Shown here: in pieces, positions 55,196-64,000 of the stretch
Layout: each line of letters begins with the position of its first letter
How positions within the stretch are numbered: the stretch's first letter is position 1
Origin: an uncultured Planctomycetota bacterium
Lineage (GTDB): Bacteria; Planctomycetota; Planctomycetia; Gemmatales; Gemmataceae
Assembly (NCBI GenBank): GCA_963849325.1
Contig: CAWKHF010000004.1
Coordinates: forward strand, 128,001-192,000
Direction of reading: 5' to 3'
DNA length: 64,000 bases
Notes under the pieces: generated by a model
The model's input: the letters and a program-made list of their open reading frames with translations, nothing else
Databases searched by the model: none
What the model was told of the DNA's origin: nothing
Program-made: the position numbers and the translations under genes

Positions 55196-55700
55196 CGTTA
55201 TTCTCCTTGAAGTGCTGCTCCCCGAAAGAGGAGACTTGCCACGGTTCCTCTTCATTCGCCCGGCCGGCGTTCATCGGCCGGAGCTTAACGAAAAGTAATA
55301 AAAGCAATCATCGTACCGGAAGGGGTGCCGGATCAAGAAAAAACAGCAGCCTTTCGGAGATTATTTCTTAAACGGTTACCTCCATTGCGTTTGCGCAACG
55401 TATTCCGGGAGATTTCTTTTCGGTTTACGGTCCCCTTCCTCCGGCCCTTTGGCGTCAGAGGGGGCGTCGGGGTGCGGCCATCCCTTCCCAGGCGGGGGAA
55501 TACTGCTCATGGGGAGAGTTCCTTTGGGGGCGGATAGCCGGTCGTGTCGAATCTTCTGGATTCACTGAAACAGTCCTCCTCCGCGGCCGGTATACTGTCC
55601 TTTGGACCCGCGAGGCAGGAGTTGGACCTCCGTGGAGATGCGCAGCCCCGCCGTCGGCCGGTGGGCTTCGCGGTCCTTCTCGACAAGAAACGGTGATTCC

Positions 55701-57746
55701 ATGATGACGACCCCTTGCATCCGGACGAGTTTGCTGGCGCTGGCATTGCTTTTCGTGGTCCCGTGGGGGGCCGCTCCTCTGCGCGGCGATGACAAGCCGT
55801 TGTCGGCGATCGCAATCGGCGCTCGGGCGCCCGAGCACGGTTCGCTCCGCGACCTGCGCGGCAACCGCCGAGCGCTCTCCGGCTTCAAGGACCATCGCGC
55901 CCTCGTCCTCGCCTTCCTCGGCACCGACTGCCCCATTTCCAACCTCTACGCCCCCGCCCTGATCGAGATGGAGAAGAAGTACCGGGCCAAGGGGGTCCAG
56001 TTCCTCGCCATCTACGCCAACGAGCACGAAGACCTCGATCGGGTCGCCATACACTCCTACGACCGCGACGTGCCGTTCCCCGTGCTGAAGGACTTCGGAC
56101 AACGCCTGGCGGACACGCTGGGCGTCGAGCGCGTGCCGGCGGTCGCGGTGCTCGATAAGGATTTCATCCTTCGCTATCGCGGCCGGATCGACGATCGCTA
56201 TGGCGTGGCCGTGCGCCGGCCGAAGGCGACGCGCGACGACTTGCGGCAAGCCATCGAGGAAGTCCTGGCCGGCAAAAAGGTGAGCGTCGCCGAGACCGAA
56301 CCGGACGGCTGCCTGCTCGATCGCGCCGGCAAGAAGCCGGCCCGCAGCGGCGTCACCTACACCAAAGACGTCGCGCCGATCTTGCAGCAGCGCTGCCAGG
56401 CGTGCCACCGGCCGGACCAGTCCGCGCCGTTTTCGCTGTTGACGTATGAAAACGCGGTGAAGCACGCGCGCATGCTCAAGGAAGTGACGACGCAGCGGCG
56501 CATGCCGCCGTGGCACGCCGACCCGCGGCACGGGAAGTTCACCAACGACCGCCGCCTGAGCGACAAGGAGATCGAGACCCTGGCCGCCTGGGTCGATGCC
56601 GGCACGCCGCGCGGCGACGACAAGGACTTGCCCAAGCCCGTCGATTGGGTTGCGGGCTGGCGGATGGGCAAGCCAGACCTCGTGCTGCAAATGCCGGCCG
56701 AGTACGAAGTGCCGGCCGACGGCGTGGTGCCGTACAAGCAGTTCACGATGGACCCCGGCTTCCAGAAGGACGTTCGGGTCGAGAAGGGAGAAGCGCGGCC
56801 GGGACCGGGAGCGGCCGGCGTCGTGCATCACGTCGTCGTTTACATCCTCAAGCCGGGCCAGAAGCAGCCCTTCGACAACGAGGGCAACATGAACATCCTC
56901 GTCGGCTGGGCGCCCGGCGACCTCGGCCTGGTCTGCCCGCCCGACACCGGCCTGCGCGTGCCCAAAGGCTCGAAGCTGATGTTCGAGATGCACTACACGC
57001 CCAACGGCACGGCCGTCAAGGACCGTTCGTCGATCGGCCTTATCTTCCGCAAGACGCCGCCGAAGTACGAAATGCTCATGAATTCCTTCATGAATGAGTC
57101 GATCCGCATTCCGCCGCGCGATCCGCACTATCGGGCCGAGGCCGTCATGCGCTTCCCCGCCGACGCCCGCATCCTCAGCCTGGTGCCGCACATGCACTGG
57201 CGCGGCAAAGATTACTTTTACGAGCTGATTTATCCGGATGGCCGCAAGCGGACGCTGCTGTCGGTGCCGCGCTGGGACTTCAACTGGCAGAACACCTACC
57301 AGTTCGCCGAGCCGATCCAGGTGCCCAAGGGGGCGCGTCTGCACGCCGTCGCCCACTGGGACAACTCGCGCAACAACCCGTACAACCCCGACCCCGACAA
57401 GGAAGTACGCTTCGGCCTGCAAACGTGGGAAGAGATGATGGTCGGCTGGTGCGTCTATACCTGGGAGCGGCCGGACACGGCCGCGAAGCTGGCCGCCGCG
57501 AAGGTCGATCCGGCCGAGAAAATGTTCGACCGCCTCGACCGCAACGGCGACGACGTGATTACACCCAACGAAATTCCCGAGCAATTCAAGCTGTATCTGA
57601 AAGTCCAGGGGATTAAAATCCCGGAGCGCATCACGCGCGAGGAATTCGGCCCGATCTACGAGGAGATGCGCAAGCGTTTCCAGAAACCGAAAGCCAAGGA
57701 AGACAAGAAACCGGCGGACCAGACGCCGACGCAAAGGAAGCCATGA
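55701..57746 (+). CDS. Exported redoxin + cytochrome c + copper-monooxygenase-like + EF-hand protein
   Basis: TDCPIS/YRGRIDD, CQACH, VHH, PHMHWRG, EEMM, DRNGDD. Confidence 0.8.
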   Translation: MMTTPCIRTSLLALALLFVVPWGAAPLRGDDKPLSAIAIGARAPEHGSLRDLRGNRRALSGFKDHRALVLAFLGTDCPISNLYAPALIEMEKKYRAKGVQFLAIYANEHEDLDRVAIHSYDRDVPFPVLKDFGQRLADTLGVERVPAVAVLDKDFILRYRGRIDDRYGVAVRRPKATRDDLRQAIEEVLAGKKVSVAETEPDGCLLDRAGKKPARSGVTYTKDVAPILQQRCQACHRPDQSAPFSLLTYENAVKHARMLKEVTTQRRMPPWHADPRHGKFTNDRRLSDKEIETLAAWVDAGTPRGDDKDLPKPVDWVAGWRMGKPDLVLQMPAEYEVPADGVVPYKQFTMDPGFQKDVRVEKGEARPGPGAAGVVHHVVVYILKPGQKQPFDNEGNMNILVGWAPGDLGLVCPPDTGLRVPKGSKLMFEMHYTPNGTAVKDRSSIGLIFRKTPPKYEMLMNSFMNESIRIPPRDPHYRAEAVMRFPADARILSLVPHMHWRGKDYFYELIYPDGRKRTLLSVPRWDFNWQNTYQFAEPIQVPKGARLHAVAHWDNSRNNPYNPDPDKEVRFGLQTWEEMMVGWCVYTWERPDTAAKLAAAKVDPAEKMFDRLDRNGDDVITPNEIPEQFKLYLKVQGIKIPERITREEFGPIYEEMRKRFQKPKAKEDKKPADQTPTQRKP

Positions 57747-57881
57747 GGCGAAATATCCCCCGTTTCCGCCGGCTGACCGCCTCACGCTCGACGGACGAGG
57801 AAGCGCTCAAGTAACCTACCTCCCGCGTCGATAAGCTTGGCGGTCTGGATCGATCCGCGGCGCCGACGAGGGGAGGAGAGG

Positions 57882-58471
57882 ATGCGTTTCGGCCGTGCCT
57901 CGAAATATGGAGCGGTCGTGGCGGGTATGCTGGCCTGGAGCCTGCTCGCCGTCGCGGCTGCCCCGATGAGCTCGCCCGCCCCCGTCCCGGAACAGTCCGT
58001 ACAGGCCATCTTTCCCGCCCTTTCCCTGGAACAACTGGCGTGCATGAGCTGGTGTGAACTCGAACAGTTGTACCGCCAGGCCGGTCCCGGCACGATGCCG
58101 ACCGGCTACCTGCGCGGCCGAGCCATCTACTGTCCCGGCGCCTTCCTCACGCCGACGCGGTTGAAAGTCAGCGAGGCCATGTGGCACGGCAAGCACTTCT
58201 GTCCGGCCGACGGCATGCTCATCAATCAGTGGTGCCTCGGACTCCAGGCCGTGCGGGGCGCGTCTGTTACGGCACGAGCTGGCTGGACGGAGGACCGTCC
58301 CTTGTCATGGATTATCGCGGCATGTCGCACGTCTGGTCCGACGTGCGCGACGAGCTGCGCGAGGTTGCGCCCGGCGTCTACCTGGGGCTGATGTATCGCT
58401 GCAAGGCGGGGCAGCCACGGATGAAGATGTTCTTCGCCCTGGAAATGCCGGCGTGCGCTCCCTGTCCCTAA
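57882..58471 (+). CDS. Exported hypothetical protein (frameshift near 58258)
   Basis: MWHGKHF, VRDELREVAPGVYLG. Confidence 0.6.
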
Positions 58472-58506
58472 CCGAAGGAAGACCCGAGCGTCCGCGATAG
58501 CGGCTT

Positions 58507-59864
58507 CTATCGCTTGCCGACCGATTTCGTGCTCGGTTCGGCCGGGCGGTGGTCCGGTACAGGGTCGTGCCTGGCCCCCCACTGGAAAAGCAGGACCAGA
58601 AGCAGGACGAGAGTGAGCAGCACGGCACTGCTGGCGCCGCTAACCAGGAGCAGGCGTTTGCGTTCCGCCGCCCGTCGCTGTTTGCGCTTGCCGTCGTCGG
58701 ACTCGACCGTGTCCGGCCTCAGCTCGGCAAAGGTATCGGCGCTGACGGCCGGCGTCGGGACGGCGGGCGCGGCCGGAGGCGCCACGGGCAGGGATGACGG
58801 GGTTGCCGAGACCGCGGCGAGTGGAGCGGCGAGTGGAGCGGCGAGGGTGAGGGCCGCCAGGGCGGCGACCAGTTCCGCCGGCGTCTGGAAGCGATCAGCG
58901 GGTCGCTTGGCCAGCAGACGATGCACGATCGCCGCCACCGGCGACGGCACGTCGGGACGGAAATCGCGCACGGATTGCGGCCGCTCGCTCTGATGCTTGA
59001 GCAGCTTCTCCAGGGCGTTGCCACCAGAGAAGGGCGCTCGGCCGGCCAGCAGAAAATAAAAGGTACAGCCCAGGCTGTAGAGGTCGGCGCGGATGTCGGC
59101 CGAGCGCGCGTCCATCGCCTGCTCGGGAGCGACGTAGTCCGGCGTACCGATCATCACCCCGTCGCCCGTCAGCGACGCGCCGGACATTTCGGCCTGCGAT
59201 TCGGGCGTCAACCGGGCCAGACCCATGTCGAGCACCTTGACCACCCCCTGTCGGGTCAGCAGCAGGTTGTGCGGTTTGATGTCGCGGTGGACCAGGCCTT
59301 TGTCGTGGGCGTGCTGCAACCCCAGCGCCGCCTGCCGCACGCAATCGCACGCTCGGGCCACTGGCATTGGGCCGTACTGCTTGACGTAATGGGCCAGGTC
59401 GACGCCCTCGACGTACTCCATGGCGAAGAAGTGCGTCCCGTCGTGCTCGTCGGCGTCGAGGGCGAGCACGATGTTGGCGTGGGACAGCTGCGCCGCCGCC
59501 TGGATTTCCCGACGAAAGCGGCGCACGGCATCGGGGTGGGACAGCCGTTCCTTGCGGATGACTTTCAAGGCCACGATCCGCGCCAGCTTGCGGTGGCGCG
59601 CCTTGAACACTTGCCCCATACCGCCCTCGCCCAGCCGTTCCAGCAGGAGGAACGACCCAAGCACGAGTTGATTGGCTCGGCCCTGGAAGAGCTGATTGAC
59701 CTGGAAGGGCGTCAACCAATTGCGGCGCACCAGTTCGCCGGCCAGGGGCGCGGGTCGGCGAACGTCCCGGCCGGCTGACGGGCCAGTTCCGCCAGCTGCT
59801 CCGGCTCCAGCAAGGGAACCCGACGCAGCGCATCCATAAAGGAGGAGACGGACGCGAAGGACAT
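58507..59864 (-). CDS. Membrane-anchored Ser/Thr protein kinase (frameshift in N-terminal region)
   Basis: LGEGGMG, VALK, HRDIKPHN, DMG, APE, C-terminal TM. Confidence 0.9.
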
Positions 59865-59992
59865 ACCTTCATCCCTGGGGGGAAGATGGTGACGAGTCGT
59901 GCTCTCCGCATGGAGCACAATATATCGCCGCGCACGGTCGTATGGCAAGAGGCGAGTGGCGTGAAAAGTCCATCGCCGCTCCGAATCCTCTT

Positions 59993-62900
59993 TCAACGCG
60001 GTGGCGAGCCCAGGCGCAGCAGGTACACGGTGCCATCGACGTGGCCGACGGCCAGGTGCCGGCCGTCGCCGGCGAGTGCGCCGGCGTGGACGGGCAGCGG
60101 CACCTTCATCGTCTGCCGCTCCTTGCCGCTGATACTGTCGCGGACGATCGCCAATCCGTCCAGGCCGGCCGACACGAGTTGCTTGCCATCCGGGGTAAAA
60201 GCGAGAAAACGGACCTCTTTTTCATGTCCGGGCAGGCTAGCCCGCTCCCGGCCGGTCGCGGCGTCCCACAGCCGCACGCGCCCGTCCTTCCCGCCGGAGG
60301 CCAGTACCCTGCCGTCGGGGCTGAAGGCCAGCGCCGCCACGTTCTCCGCCGGCCCGGCGCAGGTGGCGCGCCGCTGGCTGTTCTGCGCGTGCCATACCTG
60401 CACGACCCCGTTCGCGCCCGCCACGGCCACGCTCCGACCATCGGGGCTGAACGCCAACGCGGTGATCGGCTGGTCCAACCGCTCCACACGGTCCATGTCG
60501 CCGGTTTCCACCCGCCAGAACTTGAGCGCCTCCGTCCGCCCCGCCTGTCGCCAGCATCTTGCCGTCGGGGCTGTAGGCGGCGGCCTGCACGAGATCATCG
60601 TGGGCCGGCGCGGAACGCTGTTCCTTGCCGGTGGCGGCGTCCCAGAAGACGAGTTTTTTGCCGCCGTCGTTGGTGACCAACGTGTGCCCATCGGGCCGAT
60701 AGGCGCCGCACACCGGGCCGGCCTGCACCGGCAGCATCGCCCGCTGCCGCGGCGCGGGGCCTTTGAGATCCCATAGGCGAACCGAAAGGTCCGCGCTCAT
60801 CGAAGCGAGCGTGAGGTCGTCCGAGGCGAAGGCCAACCCGGTGATCCGCTGAACGTGTCCGGGACCAAAATGACGTTGCTGCGGGGTGGCCGAGGTGATG
60901 TCCCACAGGTGGACCGTGCCGTCGTTGCCCGCCGTGGCCAGCGTTCGGCCGTCCGGCGCGAAGGACACGGACCAGACCAGCCCAACATGGTCGGGGACAG
61001 AAGCGATCTGTTCGAGTTGTTTCTTTGACACGTCCCATAAGCGCCAGTGGCTACCCCAGAAGCCGCAGGCCAGCCGCTGACCGTCGGGCGAGAAGGCCGC
61101 GTCGTTGGTCGCTTCACCAAGCCACGGGCCGGTGACTTCTACCGGATCGGCCACGGTCATGTCCCACAGGCGAAGCGTGAAATCGTGCTGGCCGGATGAG
61201 GCGAGGAGCTTGCCGTCCGGGCTGAAGGTAAGCGACACCACCCAGTAGGTGTGGTTCTTGAGGACCGCTCGCTCTTTCGGTCCCTCGCCGGACAGGTCCC
61301 AGACACGGATGGTCTTGTCCGTGCTGCCGGTCGCCAGCGTCTTGCCGTCGGGTGAGAAGGCGGGCTTGCAGAGACTGCCCGTGTGTCCCTTGAGCACCGC
61401 CCATTCCCCGGATCCTCCGGAGATGTCCCATAAACGGATCGTCGGCGGTTCGGTAGCGCAAGGGATCGCCAGTCGTTTGCCATCCGGCGACAACGCCACC
61501 GCCTCGATTCCCGAGGGAAACCCCTTGATGATGCGTGTCTGTCGGGGTTGCTCTCCGCTCACGTCCCAGAGGACGACGCTGGTTCGTCCGCTCGTGGCCA
61601 GCATCTTGCCATCGCGGCGGAAATCCAACGCTGATTGAGGTTGCTCCGCTTTCAAGACCGCTTTGACGGTCAGATCGTTGGGATGCAAGAGGCGGATCGT
61701 GCCATCGCCGGTGTTGCAAGCCAGCCAGCGGCCATCCGTACTGTACTGGACATACGCCCGGTTCGCCGCGGCCGAGTAATCGACCCAACTGCGATGATCG
61801 CCGAGCACGGCCAGCAGCTCTTTCGGCTGGCCGTCCAGCTTCTGCTCCGGTGACAGCGGCATGTCAGTCAAGGCATCCAGCGGCGACGGCAGCCGCATGA
61901 GCCATTCCGCCGCCTCGATCGCTGGCCGCGTGCCGGGGTAGGCGCGGCGGAAAGCAACGAGATCCTCGCGCAGCTTGATGCGGTCGGTCGCGGGTGCCTC
62001 GGCGCGGACACGCAGCGCCTTCCACTCCTTTTCGGCCGCTTCCGCACTGGACGCCTGCGGGGTGCCGGCCCGCGTGTCATCCGGGACGGGGCGCTCTCTC
62101 GATCCTCCCTTGAAGATCAAGACCAGAAGCAGGACCAGGACCAGCAGAACGCCGCCGCCGGCCGCACTGAGGACCAGCAGCCGTTTGCGCTCCGCGGCCT
62201 CCCGTTGCTTGCGCGAGCCGTCCTCGGTGCCCCGCATATCGGGGCGCAGGTCCGCGAAGGTGTCGGAGCTGACGGCTGGGGTCGGCGCCGCACCAGCAGC
62301 CGGATCAGCCACGATGGCGGCGACGGGGGCGCTGGGGACCAACGCCGCGGCGAGTGCGGCGATCAGTTCCGCCGGCGTCTGGAAGCGATCGGCGGGCCGC
62401 TTGGCCAGCAGGCGATGCACGACGGCCGCCACCGGAGGCGGAACGTCCGGGCGGTAATCCCGCACCGGCCTCGGCTGCTCGTTCTGATGCCGGAACAGCT
62501 TCTCCATCAAGGAGCCGCCGGGGAAAGGCACCCGGCCGGTCAAGAGAAAATAGAAGGTACAGCCCAGGCTGTAGAGGTCGGCGCGGATGTCGGCCGAACG
62601 CGCGTCCATCGCCTGCTCCGGCGCGACGTAGTCCGGCGTCCCCATCATCGTGCCTTCCGCCGTCAGCGCCGTACACGACGCTTCGTCCGGCGATTCCGAG
62701 CGCAGCCGGGCCAGGCCCATGTCGAGCACCTTGACCGTGCCGGTCTGCGGCATCAGCAAGAGATTATGCGGCTTGATGTCGCGGTGGACCAGGCCGCGCT
62801 CGAAGGCGTGCTGCAAGCCCAGCGCCGTCTGCCGCACGTACTCCCATGCCTGCGCCACCGGCAGCGGGCCAACCTGCTTGACGTGCTTGGCCAGGTCCGT

Positions 62901-63361
62901 ACCCTGGACGTACTCCATGGCGAAGAAGTGCGTCCCCTCGTGTTCGTCGGCGTCGAGGGCGAGTACGATGTTGGGATGAGACAGCTGCGCCGCCGCCTGG
63001 ATCTCGCGGCGGAAGCGGCGCACGGCGTCGGGGTGGGACAACCGTTCCTTACGGATGACCTTCAAGGCCACGAGTCGCCCTAGCTTGCGGTGGCGCGCCT
63101 TGAACACTTGTCCCATGCCGCCTTCGCCCAATCGTTCCAGCAGGAGGAACGGCCCGAGTACGAGCTGCGCGGCGCGGCCCTGGAAGAGCTGATTCACCTG
63201 GTAAGGCGTCAGCCAGCCGCGGCGCACCAGTTCGCCGGCCAGGGTGCGCGGATCGCGGAACGTCCCGGCCGGCTGACGCGTCAACTCCGCCAGCTGCTCC
63301 GGCTCCAGCAGCGCGACCTGCGCAACACGTCCAGAAAGGAGGAAACCGACGCGAAGGCCAT
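59993..63361 (-). CDS. Ser/Thr protein kinase with TM and WD40 repeats (frameshifts)
   Basis: Same kinase motifs plus many SPDG...WD repeats. Confidence 0.9.
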
Positions 63362-63521
63362 ACCTTCATCCCCGGGCGAGGATGGCGACAATTCGTGCAA
63401 CCCGCATTGGGCAAACTATATCGTGGCGCACCGTCGTATGCCAAGAGGCGAGGGCCGCGGGACGCCGACCGCCGCTCCGAACTTGCGTGGCGAAGCGTCC
63501 ACTTTTATCATGCATCAGAGT

Positions 63522-63602
63522 TCGGGTGGCGGGTGGAGGGTGGCGGGTGGAGGGAGAAGATGTTCTTCTCCCTCCACCCGCCGCCCTCCACCCGCCACCC
63601 GA
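63522..63602. repeat. Heptamer-armed inverted repeat (GGGTGG[C/A])4 ... reverse complement
   Basis: Directly visible between divergent genes. Confidence 0.85.
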
Positions 63603-63618
63603 GGGGAAAGGCTGGCCC

Positions 63619-64000
63619 GTGATCCACTATCGAACGTTCCGCAACGGCGATCCTCCGGGGCTGGTCGAAGTCTGGAACGCGGCCTTTGCCGGCCGCGGGG
63701 CCGTCCGCTTGCAAAGCCCTTCCTGGCTCGAATATTTTCTGTTCTCCAAACCCTATTTCGATCCGGAGGGTCTGCTGGTCGCTTGCGTCGAGAACCGGGT
63801 CGTCGGCTTCGCCCTGGCCGGCTTCGGACCCAACGACACCGAAAGCGCGCTCGATCCGCACAGCGGCGTCCTCTGTCTGCTCGCCGTCCTGCCTACGCAC
63901 CGCGGTCAGGGTATCGGTTCCGAATTGCTGCGTCGCGCTGAGACGTATTTGCGCAGCCGGGGGAGCCAAGAGTTGTTCGCCGGACCCACGTACCCGCTCA
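63619..64000 (+). CDS. GNAT-family N-acetyltransferase, 3'-partial
   Basis: GTG start (MIHYRTFRNGD); LAVLPTHRGQGIGSELL motif A. Confidence 0.85.
   Translation, partial: MIHYRTFRNGDPPGLVEVWNAAFAGRGAVRLQSPSWLEYFLFSKPYFDPEGLLVACVENRVVGFALAGFGPNDTESALDPHSGVLCLLAVLPTHRGQGIGSELLRRAETYLRSRGSQELFAGPTYPL

Overview
High-GC bacterial DNA, most likely from a planctomycete (Gemmataceae-like; inferred from an 'LEDR' extracellular N-terminal motif, a DUF1580-like HTH, the integrase type and eukaryote-like Ser/Thr kinases). Positions 1-13365 are the right part of an integrated mobile element. It carries an SF3-like helicase, a DNA methyltransferase, an array of tiny Cys-rich ORFs, three consecutive genes that each begin with the same ~68-aa ubiquitin-like (beta-grasp) domain ending in GRKG, and a tyrosine integrase. 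The three Ubl domains are fused to a SAM-dependent MTase-like domain, an MT-A70 MTase and a DUF1580/excisionase-like HTH. A candidate Cys-His-Glu papain/transglutaminase-like gene lies directly upstream, and two decayed Ubl copies lie further upstream. This Ubl-tagged cargo module is the most novel-looking feature. An ISH3-type IS (13366-14690) truncates both the integrase and a large DWGDG-repeat surface protein. The rest is ordinary chromosome: a glycoside hydrolase, RluA, a CehA/McbA hydrolase, a WD40 protein, a two-component pair, a giant secretin-like protein, 2-oxoacid dehydrogenase E1a/E1b/E2, a ligase-less Pnkp, glgC, a glycosyltransferase, a type II R-M pair, acnA, a redoxin-domain protein, tandem Ser/Thr kinases and a GNAT, plus many intergenic palindromes. 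Many genes carry single-base frameshifts, probably assembly errors. No rRNA, tRNA or CRISPR array was recognised. All calls come from reading motifs by eye; no database searches were run.
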